Positions 7,996 to 17,100 of a DNA stretch of 30,357 nucleotides are shown in pieces. Every line of letters starts with the position of its first letter. The stretch's first letter is position 1. This DNA is from a virus (lineage: Duplodnaviria; Caudoviricetes). Under the pieces are notes generated by a model. The model was not told the origin of the DNA. It made no database searches and was given only the letters and a program-made list of their open reading frames with translations. Made by a program: the position numbers and the translations under genes. The stretch is from IMG/VR virus record IMGVR_UViG_3300030095_003216, positions 1 through 30,357 of that record. One strand, written 5' to 3'.

Positions 7996-8369
7996 TGGTT
8001 AAACGAAACTACAGATACCAAGCAGGGTATAGATTTGAGAAACGTGTGCATAAACATTTAGCAGAACTTCTTGATAAGATGCCCGAAATAAAGTATTACA
8101 TTATTGAGTCACGAGGTAGTAAAGGTAAAGCAGATTTAGTCGTAGGTCTATTTAATTCCTTAGATGGAAGCAGGTTTTGGTTTGGTGTGCAATGTAAGAA
8201 AGGGTACATCAGTAAACCCGAGATACGTAGGGGTGCATACCTAGGAATGAAAGAACACGGTATGTTTCTTTACCATGCTACCTTAGATAAAGATAAGAAG
8301 ATAGTAATAACACCAGAGCTTGGTAATTTTACTGCATCAGATATAGGAGGCTTTGAAGGAACTGAATAG
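7995..8369 (+). CDS. Holliday-junction resolvase, Hjc-like
   Basis: GYRFEKRV...SRGSKGKADLVV...VQCK. Start set at ATG 7995 because of the TAATG overlap. Confidence 0.75.
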   Translation: MVKRNYRYQAGYRFEKRVHKHLAELLDKMPEIKYYIIESRGSKGKADLVVGLFNSLDGSRFWFGVQCKKGYISKPEIRRGAYLGMKEHGMFLYHATLDKDKKIVITPELGNFTASDIGGFEGTE

Positions 8370-8898
8370 AATATATCTACAGATACTACAACGTCTTGGT
8401 ATTATCTGTCTTATGCAAAAAGACAAATTAGGTACAGGCTTATTCTTACCTAGTATGTTACAAGATAGTAGACTCACACACTTCTCTAAGTTGTTGTCTT
8501 TAGTAAATGCAAACTGGAACTCGTTAAATTTGTTTCGATTTTTACCAGATGATACAGACCAACTAATGTTTCTTGAGTGGTGTAATGAGAATCGAATAGA
8601 ATATCTACAAAAAGAAACATACTTACAACTGTCATACAAAATGACAGGACAATTAGCTCCCATAATTGAACTGCCTAGTATTGGGGTTACGGAAACAATG
8701 ACAAAGACTAGGATATATTACAATTTAATACCAGATATAGTGATGTCTGTACTACAACAAGTTAGTATGGAGAAAGTTTTTCCAACAAAGTTTCATATGT
8801 TTGTATGCACACCTGTATGGGAACAAGTACATGAAGCTATGGAAGAGGCACATACGTGGTATAGATTTGATGGAGGCTCGGATGATAACAGTAGTTAG
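8353..8898 (+). CDS. hypothetical protein
   Basis: ORF track; TTG start after AGGAGG. Confidence 0.75.
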   Translation: MKELNRIYLQILQRLGIICLMQKDKLGTGLFLPSMLQDSRLTHFSKLLSLVNANWNSLNLFRFLPDDTDQLMFLEWCNENRIEYLQKETYLQLSYKMTGQLAPIIELPSIGVTETMTKTRIYYNLIPDIVMSVLQQVSMEKVFPTKFHMFVCTPVWEQVHEAMEEAHTWYRFDGGSDDNSS

Positions 8899-9367
8899 TA
8901 ATCTCAGTGATTTGTTTTTGTTAAAACCTTACTGGAGTATATGTGATAACTATGCATCTGTAACAACAGAAGAAATAAAATTTATAATGGAACCTGGATA
9001 CAGTAATATTAAAGACGCACACTTTCCTAGTTTAATGGCTCTTATAGCTATAGAACAAGCAAAGCTTGTGTTCATAGATGGGTACCATCAGAATTTATTT
9101 TATCGTTGTCAAAGATTATTTATAGAAATGTTACGTTACTTATTACCAGATAAACTTGTTATGGAACTAGTACGTAGTAGGGTAATTTATAGACGTGTTG
9201 AAACAGAAAATGAGCAAACAAATACAAAGATAGAAATACTAGAAGACGCTAAAAGTCTCGGGTACGATACCCTAGATTTAGGTGTAGTTACTTGGGAAAC
9301 TTATTCGCAAGAATTGTTCCCTGATTTGTATACGATGACTGAAGTATATAAGAATGAATTAAATTGA
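8882..9367 (+). CDS. hypothetical protein
   Basis: Frame of ORF-track 8801..9367; ATG 8882 preceded by GGAGG. Confidence 0.75.
   Translation: MITVVSNLSDLFLLKPYWSICDNYASVTTEEIKFIMEPGYSNIKDAHFPSLMALIAIEQAKLVFIDGYHQNLFYRCQRLFIEMLRYLLPDKLVMELVRSRVIYRRVETENEQTNTKIEILEDAKSLGYDTLDLGVVTWETYSQELFPDLYTMTEVYKNELN
9258..9274. repeat. 17-bp palindromic motif copy (TCGGGTACGATACCCTA)
   Basis: 2 mismatches to consensus, intragenic. Confidence 0.8.
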
Positions 9368-9455
9368 TAGCAACCTATTAGGGTTTTGTCGTGTCCCTTT
9401 CTCCAGGTTGTTATCTCGGGTAGCCTCTTTTTTGATTGAATTTCAGGGGCTACCT
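9366..9455. terminator. tandem hairpins at the convergence of the two transcription arms
   Basis: GATAGCAACCT (9366-9376) pairs with AGGTTGTTATC (9405-9415). GGGTAGCCTC (9418-9427) pairs with GGGGCTACCT (9446-9455). T6 at 9428-9433. Confidence 0.55.
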
Positions 9456-9689
9456 GTTTCCTAATGGGTTATTAAGTCCTGACCTGAACTCATCAAGTTT
9501 AGCTTCAAGCACTTCTAATTTTTTATCTAAGATAGCCACATCTTTTTGTAGTTGCTCTACAGTGTCACTACCTACAGCAGCAGACACAGCATCTAGCCTA
9601 GTGTTAAACTCACCCCAAGCATAGAACCCACCGCCTATAGCAGTGACTACTCCTAAAATCATGGCATACTTTTGTAATATATCTATCAT
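9450..9689 (-). CDS. small membrane protein with coiled-coil tail
   Basis: N-terminal TM segment YAMILGVVTAIGGGFYAW followed by a heptad pattern; SD AGGAG. Confidence 0.8.
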   Translation of the reverse strand: MIDILQKYAMILGVVTAIGGGFYAWGEFNTRLDAVSAAVGSDTVEQLQKDVAILDKKLEVLEAKLDEFRSGLNNPLGNR

Positions 9690-9690
9690 A

Positions 9691-11241
9691 TTATCTCCTT
9701 AAAATTTCTAATTCTCTTTCTAATTGTATACGCCTAAGCCTAGCGTTCTCTACTTCACGTTGGTATTTAAGCACAGGGTCATTACCAGACATAGCTATTA
9801 ACTTATTGTTTTGTTCTGTATATACATCGACTGCATACTCATCTAATGTACGTGTATCTGTATAATTGTTACCTTGATACAGTTGCCGTACATCAAACAA
9901 GTTTGCATTCTGGTTAGTGTAAGATGACAAGTCAGCTTGATTCTGAGTCAAAGCTCTTGCTGCAACTACACTTACAATCTGTAATTGTTTACTTACTGAG
10001 GCTACAGTAGCTGATACCTTAGCCTCAACATCTGACACATCAACTGAGAACTCTTGTGTTGTTACCTCAACGTCTGCGTCTACGGACGACTCCACTTCAG
10101 ATTCTTCTTTAACTTCTTCCACCTTGGCTGTGCTAGTCTCAGTAGGTTTGTCTTCCACGACCGACTCTTCTGACTCAGTTGGTATCTCGCTAACTTTAGT
10201 TGTTGATGTAGGTTCATTCGGTTCATTGACTTCTTCCTCCTCCATTGCTATAATTTCTTCTTCGGTTACTGTACCCGATAATTCTTCTTGTGTCTCCTCT
10301 GGTTCCTCAACTATTTCTGGTCCTCCGAAAACTTGTAGTATCTCTACTTCCTCGAACTCCTCTTCCAGCTCCTCGAAAGCTTCCTCCAGGTTCGGCAAAG
10401 GTGTGAGTTCTTCTAGGGCTAGTTCTTCTAGCACTTCGAATTCTTCTATAATCTCTATCGGTATTTCCATTATCGGAATAAATGTCGGTTCTTCGAATTG
10501 TTCTTCCCATTCATAAAACTCCTCTATTATTTCTATAATCTCTTCTATAATTTCTGGTTGTACTACTACATTGTCATATGTCATAGTAAGTTTAGCACCA
10601 AGCAAGTTAGGTCCACCAAGGTTAGTATTGTAAGTATCATAACCTAAGTCTACACCCTCCCATGCCCAGTAAAATTGATTACTACCTGTACCTGTATGTG
10701 TAACACTATCAGTATATTTATGTGCATTACTGCCATATCCTGCATCATTGTTACGTACTTGGTTTACAGTAGATAGTACATTCCCATTCTCATCTAGTAT
10801 GCTAACAGTAGTAGTATATGTATCTTGTCCTGGCTTAGCTTGACCACATTGCCAGTTAGAGCCTTGGTACTCACAGTTCTGTACGATTGTAGTAGAGTTA
10901 AGTGTAACCCCGTTGTTTAGTTTGTCTTGGTCAGTAGTATCATCGCCTGTAGTTATACCTACAAGTGAGCCGGTAACATTGATACCACCGGTACCTGTAG
11001 TCTCTAACTCTTGTCCCCAGTTTCTTATGTTACCTGTTGTGTTAAACCCATTAGTTGTAACATTAGGTATAGTAGAATCTACGCTTTGATAATTACTAGC
11101 ATTGTTAGTTCCGTTAGGTAACAAGTTACCAGTAGTTATATCCTCAGCAAAACAAGCCCAAGCTATTACCATAAAACTAATAAGAAAATAAAACCAACCG
11201 AGATAATTAATCTTCATCATCATCATCGCCATACAATTCAA
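9691..11241 (-). CDS. membrane-anchored/secreted protein with long acidic linker
   Basis: N-terminal hydrophobic segment, Thr/Asn/Gly-rich beta-like domain with a Cys pair, Glu-rich linker and helical C-terminus. True start is probably one of the ATGs at 11217-11232. Confidence 0.8.
   Translation of the reverse strand: MNCMAMMMMKINYLGWFYFLISFMVIAWACFAEDITTGNLLPNGTNNASNYQSVDSTIPNVTTNGFNTTGNIRNWGQELETTGTGGINVTGSLVGITTGDDTTDQDKLNNGVTLNSTTIVQNCEYQGSNWQCGQAKPGQDTYTTTVSILDENGNVLSTVNQVRNNDAGYGSNAHKYTDSVTHTGTGSNQFYWAWEGVDLGYDTYNTNLGGPNLLGAKLTMTYDNVVVQPEIIEEIIEIIEEFYEWEEQFEEPTFIPIMEIPIEIIEEFEVLEELALEELTPLPNLEEAFEELEEEFEEVEILQVFGGPEIVEEPEETQEELSGTVTEEEIIAMEEEEVNEPNEPTSTTKVSEIPTESEESVVEDKPTETSTAKVEEVKEESEVESSVDADVEVTTQEFSVDVSDVEAKVSATVASVSKQLQIVSVVAARALTQNQADLSSYTNQNANLFDVRQLYQGNNYTDTRTLDEYAVDVYTEQNNKLIAMSGNDPVLKYQREVENARLRRIQLERELEILRR
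10262..10278. repeat. 17-bp palindromic motif copy (TCGGTTACTGTACCCGA)
   Basis: 1 mismatch to consensus, intragenic. Confidence 0.8.
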
Positions 11242-11872
11242 ATTCTGTATTGACTCGTTTCTCTAATACTTTCTGTAACCTAGCATCTATACTAGCTCGT
11301 CTTCGTAAGTTCTTAATGTACCGTGTATAGTCTGGTCTTTCTACATCATATTTTTTCCACTGGTCTTTAGCCGCCTTACCTATTTGTCCTTCGAATGGAC
11401 ACGGTGTACCTGCATGGTCCATAGCACTAAAGATTCTATCGTCTTGACATAGTATAGCTATAGCTGCAACCCTCATGTTAAAGTCATACAATAGCTTAGA
11501 TAGTTTCATACGTTCACAATTCTCATCGGTAAAGTATGTACCGGTAGCAACACCTATTCCAGGGACTTGAACACCAGCACTAACACCAACAGTACATAAG
11601 TCCTGGGAGTAAGAACTCATACTCGGTGCACTGGCTGTGGGCACAGGTATATCGTTTTTGTTGTTGTTATTGGTGGAGTTGTTATGCGTAGTAGCGTTGG
11701 TCGTTGTGGAGGTTGTGCTGTTAGTTTGACCATCGTTGTTGTTCGTAGTTGTGGAGGTGTAACCACCTGATATACTGGTGTTCGTCCCACTTGTATTTGT
11801 TTGTGTTGCCGTAGAATTATCTGTGGCATAAGCCGGTAATACTAATAGTAAAAATATCAGTATGTATTTCAT
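11207..11872 (-). CDS. secreted protein (signal peptide, Thr/Asn-rich linker, 4-Cys domain)
   Basis: MKYILIFLLLVLPAYA signal peptide; APS....QDLC...G.Q..G.G..G....DENCER.KL..L....M.VAA...LC...GTPCP domain. Confidence 0.85.
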   Translation of the reverse strand: MKYILIFLLLVLPAYATDNSTATQTNTSGTNTSISGGYTSTTTNNNDGQTNSTTSTTTNATTHNNSTNNNNKNDIPVPTASAPSMSSYSQDLCTVGVSAGVQVPGIGVATGTYFTDENCERMKLSKLLYDFNMRVAAIAILCQDDRIFSAMDHAGTPCPFEGQIGKAAKDQWKKYDVERPDYTRYIKNLRRRASIDARLQKVLEKRVNTEFELYGDDDDED

Positions 11873-12111
11873 TGTCGATTTGTTCTCCTTTTAATATTTG
11901 AATTACGGTAGACTGATTGTTCTAAGTAATCTACCTTTAAGACAAGTTCTTTTAATACTAATTCTCTGTTGTTTAACTCTGTGCACAGTTTGTCTAGACT
12001 AGTGCGTAATTTTTCTAAGCTAGAATTTAGTCTGTATAATACAAACAAAGCTACAAGTATAGGGAATCCTAAGTTTGTTATAATACTTTCTATAGAACTT
12101 AAATCATTCAT
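11869..12111 (-). CDS. YvrJ-like holin-type membrane protein
   Basis: ITNLGFPILVALFVLYRLNSSLEKL resembles the YvrJ family; one TM segment plus coiled coil. Confidence 0.6.
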   Translation of the reverse strand: MNDLSSIESIITNLGFPILVALFVLYRLNSSLEKLRTSLDKLCTELNNRELVLKELVLKVDYLEQSVYRNSNIKRRTNRQ

Positions 12112-13621
12112 TTGCAGTTAATTTCCTTAATGCGTCTTGTGTTATAATGCGTTCATTATCGGGTGTAGTACCCGACAAATCAGGTGGTAATTTATCTTTT
12201 TCTACTTTACGCCCAGTGCCTTTGTCTTGTAACAATTTGTTCATATCTATAAACCCAGTGTCGGTTATTCTTTCTTGTAAGTTTTTTTGTTTTTCTACTT
12301 CACTATCAATAGGTACCTTACATAAGTTTACAACTGCATTTTTACCTAGAGAAGCATAATCGCCTGGCTCAGTAGATTTTACTAACGCTTCTCGTAGTCC
12401 TGTCCATCTTTTTGGGTCAACAAATTGGTTTGTAGCAACAGATGCCCAACCTTTTTCGTAACCTTTATGTAAACGTAAGAACTGTTCTTGTTTTTCTAGT
12501 AAATTTTTATGTTCTGCAAACCTATTACGTAGTTGGTTACAAAATTGTATTTTATCGTTCTCATTTAATTTGATGTAATCAGCTTCATACAATTCTCTAG
12601 CCGCAGAATGTAATGCAATCTCAGTATTATTTGCCGGAGCTAACCCTAATCGTGGGTCATTTACATACTCATAATTACCCTTGGGACCATTCATAAGTTT
12701 CTTAGCAAGGTCAAAATAATTTACACCATCATTGTTTTTGTTAGCTAATGTATCAAATAATTCTTTTCGTTCATATCTACTCTTGCCGTTTGCAAATGGT
12801 TTCTCTCTCCATAACGTTCTATTAGAATCCGTTGTATTTATTAAAGGATACCTACCTGGGTTAAAATCAATGTCCGCACCTAGAGCTTCTGGGGTACCAT
12901 ATTGTTGAAGTAAACTATCAATTAAACTATTCCATTTTGCAGTTGTTTCAGAACCTCTCCCATTCTCGTGTAGATTCATAGCCTTTACCAACTCAACAAT
13001 TTGTGCATCACCTACTTCATAACCTAATAACACATCTTCTGGTGCACCTTTTATTCCAGTAAGTTGTTGATACACAGATTGGGTATAAGCCATTACATTA
13101 TTATCATCTGTTCCAGGAGCAAACTTTTTTATTATTTGATATAAATTACCTTCTTTTGCTTCTATATCTTTGAATAGTTGGTAGAACGAAGCCCTAACTG
13201 AATACTCTGCACTGTCCATTATAACAAATTGATGCTTTCTGTCCTGAGCATATGTTTTACCTGACTCACCTATATACCTTCCACTAACCATGTTAAGCAT
13301 ATTGTTTGTATCTGTAACACTAGTTGCACCAGAGGTATCTACACCTGGTTCATAGAAAGGATTTTTGCCTTCTTTTATTCTTCGTTGAGCAGCTTTGAAA
13401 GCGTTTGTAACTATATACCTTGGTATATCTTCTAAGAATTCACCTCTATCATTTACTTCTACGTTTTTTAATGTTTGTATCTCACGAAAAGTAATACCAG
13501 GATATATAACAGGAAACTCTATACCATCTATTTCCATAGAAATTTCAGTCATAATAGTTTTACCGTTTCTATGACGAACTTTGCCAAACCATCCATCTTG
13601 TTCGTTTTTTATTCTACTCAT
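12104..13621 (-). CDS. multi-domain virion/lysis protein with putative lysozyme-like domain
   Basis: Central TNNMLNM...F....SAEYSVRA...IIKKFAP..DDNN..AY..SV...LVKAMNLHENG matches the NNPGNI/WAP/HENG phage family, often annotated as structural protein P5 with a predicted muramidase-like fold. Confidence 0.6.
   Translation of the reverse strand: MSRIKNEQDGWFGKVRHRNGKTIMTEISMEIDGIEFPVIYPGITFREIQTLKNVEVNDRGEFLEDIPRYIVTNAFKAAQRRIKEGKNPFYEPGVDTSGATSVTDTNNMLNMVSGRYIGESGKTYAQDRKHQFVIMDSAEYSVRASFYQLFKDIEAKEGNLYQIIKKFAPGTDDNNVMAYTQSVYQQLTGIKGAPEDVLLGYEVGDAQIVELVKAMNLHENGRGSETTAKWNSLIDSLLQQYGTPEALGADIDFNPGRYPLINTTDSNRTLWREKPFANGKSRYERKELFDTLANKNNDGVNYFDLAKKLMNGPKGNYEYVNDPRLGLAPANNTEIALHSAARELYEADYIKLNENDKIQFCNQLRNRFAEHKNLLEKQEQFLRLHKGYEKGWASVATNQFVDPKRWTGLREALVKSTEPGDYASLGKNAVVNLCKVPIDSEVEKQKNLQERITDTGFIDMNKLLQDKGTGRKVEKDKLPPDLSGTTPDNERIITQDALRKLTANE
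12159..12175. repeat. 17-bp palindromic motif copy (TCGGGTGTAGTACCCGA)
   Basis: 2 mismatches to consensus, intragenic. Confidence 0.8.
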
Positions 13622-13971
13622 ACTAACTCCTTGTTTCGTATCTTATCAATTAACTTAGGGTTGTGTGTTAAAAACCCTGCTAACAACGCAGCCTTACAGT
13701 CTACTTGATTCTCTTCTTCTGTGTGTGTATCACATAAGTCATCAAATGCATGTGTTAATTCATGCAATAAAACAAACTCAGCGGTATTGTGTACAGGCTC
13801 TGAGCTAACGTAGATACTATGGTCATTGCTAACCCAAAGCCCTTCAACTATTTCACCGTCATCATACACACCCAGCTCTTTTGCTTTGTGTTCTAAGGCA
13901 TCTTTACTTACAATAATAACTTCAATTGGTCGGTAAAAATCACCTAAGTCTATCCAGTGTATAACTTCCAT
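13618..13971 (-). CDS. small zincin-like metallopeptidase (HExxH)
   Basis: GLW....SIYV....FVLLHELTHA...EE pattern. Confidence 0.7.
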   Translation of the reverse strand: MEVIHWIDLGDFYRPIEVIIVSKDALEHKAKELGVYDDGEIVEGLWVSNDHSIYVSSEPVHNTAEFVLLHELTHAFDDLCDTHTEEENQVDCKAALLAGFLTHNPKLIDKIRNKELV

Positions 13972-13972
13972 A

Positions 13973-14164
13973 TTATTTTCCTAATAGTTTTTTTACTTCT
14001 TTCATAAAAGTGTCTAGCTCTTCTGGTGTAACTTTGTCGTCTTCAATCATATCTACAAATGTTTCAATGATAACTTTGAACTGACCGTATTTATTCTTAA
14101 ATAAATATCCACCAATTGACATAGCACCTGTTAGTACCCAGGGTACATAACTCATTATATCCAT
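13973..14164 (-). CDS. small membrane protein (possible holin/antiholin)
   Basis: N-terminal TM segment; strong SD AGGAGGT. Confidence 0.7.
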   Translation of the reverse strand: MDIMSYVPWVLTGAMSIGGYLFKNKYGQFKVIIETFVDMIEDDKVTPEELDTFMKEVKKLLGK

Positions 14165-14181
14165 AATAACCTCCTTGTCGT

Positions 14182-17100
14182 TTATCTATCTCTCATAGGA
14201 ACATACTTACCCGTGTTCGGGTCAATTGTTGCCGTATCTAAATCTTGTTGCAACATTAATCTTTCTGCTGCATTTCTTGGTGTCTTTGTAACCTTACCCA
14301 TACCATGTTTAATGACAAAGTTTTCAATCATTTTATTTGTAATTTCATATTCTTGTGCAATATGTTTTATGTCCATCGTCAATCCTTGAACAGTATCTTT
14401 ATCTCCTATAGCTTTGGCTCTTTGTATTTTTACTTGTAATCGTACTATATCTTTCATAGCTCGTTGTTGTCTACCTGCAACTGCTTCAGTTAGTTCTGAC
14501 CTTCTTCGACCACTCTTAGACATTTCATACATAGATTCATCAACAGACTTACCGCCAAGAGCTTTGAAAATACCAGCAGGTAACATGTCCATATAAGAAT
14601 CTGTTTCTCCACTCTTAAATACTTCGTTATATACATTAGATGGTCGCCCTCTATAATCGAGTGGTGCTACTCCTGCGGGTACTGTAAATAATTTCATCAT
14701 CCTATCGGCACCTGGAATAAAACTTGATATACTTTCTAAGACTCTAAGAGCGTAATCATGTTCGCCATCAACATACGCTTTATCTCCCGCATTTGAAATT
14801 ATCTGTTGAGAGTCAGCACTAGTACCGCCCCAATTAAAAGCTCTCATTAGCTTACTTATTTTAATATAAGTGTCACCCATTACTACGTTCATAGCTAAAT
14901 CTGCAGCCCCACTTGTAGACTTAAGAAATCCAGTACCCCTAGGGTCAAAATGACTTGACATATTTACGGCACCGGCTTGACTGAGGTCTAAACCGGCTAT
15001 ACTTGCAACCCCTGTTAAAGCTAATTTTTCAAACCAACTATCTCCTGATGACCTAAGTGCATATTCTGGGTCAAGCAACTCTGGTACAGGTAATCCGCTA
15101 CCTAAGTCGGGTACAATACCCCCTTCTATCATAGATGTTTTGTACAACCAGGAATAAAAGTTTAATATATCTCTAGCAAACGGTATTCCTAACCCACCTG
15201 CGATAGCACCATAACCTGCAATACTACCTACAGCTGCTTCGTATTGACCTTTTTGTACAAGCCCTGTCATCCTTTCAAATTCTTTAACAGCAAATTTTTT
15301 GTACAAGTTATATGCTTTCAAAGTTTGGTTATTCATAAACCCAGTGTTGTTAGCTGAGTTGTATAGATGGTTAGTTTTTTCCTGGAATCTTGTTGCTAAA
15401 TCTTTCTTAAAGTCACGATTAACTTGATAAGTGTAAGTGTTACCTTTTCCTGTTTTAGTAAAATATTTACCCCTACCGGATTTTGTGTATTTACGTGCAG
15501 CAGAGTTTACTATTAACTCCATAGCTGCTTCTTCTAATGGGTTTAATTGACTCATACCTCGTTCTTGTTTTATCATACTTATAATTTTAGTAGAATTGTA
15601 TGTTTCTTTTTGCCAATTCAAATTAAGTTTATTTAATTTAGTAATTACGTTTGTAAATACTTCATCACTTGCAAGGTATGCTATACGTAAAGCTAATTTT
15701 CTTGGTATAATATCACCTTGACGAAACAAAGTAGTAGCCCAATCTCCTATAGCCGCATATTGTTCACCTTTTTTACCAAGCCAACTTTTAGCTTCCCTAC
15801 CTACATCTGATACATGCGTATCGGCTAACAGTAGAGCATGACCCGAGTCTAAGTTTAAGTTATTTTCTTCGTACAATTGAGCCATGTCTTCAATTTCGTC
15901 TCTGTATTTTTTAGGAAATGAATTAAATCTTTTTCGTTTTTGTGCAGTTATAGCTTTTAACTCACCTGTTTGAGCAGCAGGGTTGTTCATAGTTATGTAA
16001 TCACCTACATCTCGTCTGAAATTTTGTCCGTTGTGTTTGGTAAAATGATTCATTAGATATTTACCACCGGCAGCTGGACCAACAGAAGTTACAGCCATAC
16101 TAGTTTGAATTAAAGCAGCCATTGGGTTGATACCAAACTGAGTATAATAATTCATAGTGTTATTAAAATTAACTACTTTACGAAAATCAAGGGGTTCTTT
16201 TAGTTCATTTATGCCTTGTATCTTTCTAGCTCGTGTAGCTAATTCATTAATAGCTTTGTTTAACATTTTTATTGTAGGAGACGGTCTTCCTAAAGCATCA
16301 TCAATTTGTGTAGTTACGGTACTTATATAAGCTGATGCATCTTGTATACCGTCTTTTGCTAATTCTGGTTGTTTTCTTAAATGAGCTATAACAGAATCAG
16401 ATTCAGCTGTAGGTTTAATCATTGCTATGTGTCTAGCTAAACGATTCATATAAATACCTAAAGCGGTAACATGATTTTGTTCGTAATCTGGACGTAAGCC
16501 TAACCTTGGTTTTGACATACTTGGACCTGCTACAAATGCATTGTGATAAAAAGTTTTGAAATCAAAGTTCCCTTCATTTAATAATTTTTTTACTTGACTA
16601 TGATTCATAGCTGTAAGCTGGTCTGTGTCATCTAATAGTAATCTTAATCGTGAAGATACTTCGGGCTGTCCTGTTGCATCTACTCGGTCAATTGGTCTAC
16701 CATTTGGACGGAATGTATACACAATGTCTTCACCCTTTTTTAACTTCATTTTTTCTACATGTAAAGACATACTGTAATGTAAATTTTCTAATGAATGTAC
16801 TTCGTTGCTCTTGTCTAAATATCTAATAGGAACTTTTTGAGCCGGTAATAATTTACCTGTTTTATCTTTTATAGAAAACATAAGAGTATAAGTTTCCTGA
16901 TTGTTTAAGTTAAAGATTCTTGGAAAATAATTATCTCTTCTTTCTATTTTTTGTAAACCTGCCATACCTTCTCGCCAAGGTATCTGTTCACCTATATCAT
17001 CAAATACTGTACCTTTAGCTACCTGTGCTTGTATGTCGTCAATCATTCTATTGTATTGAGCAGCATATTTCCAAGTTAAATCATAGAACTCAGTTAAAAT

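Noticed and set aside
9436-9624. 62-aa + strand ORF across the convergence point
   Set aside because: It is antisense to the 79-aa membrane gene, starts inside the hairpin region and has no SD.
10124-10516. Ser-rich + strand ORF (and the nested 10307..10510 ORF)
   Set aside because: The + strand ORF is an antisense shadow of Glu-rich GAA/GAG codons in the 516-aa gene, and the nested ORF is an alternate-frame shadow of the same region.
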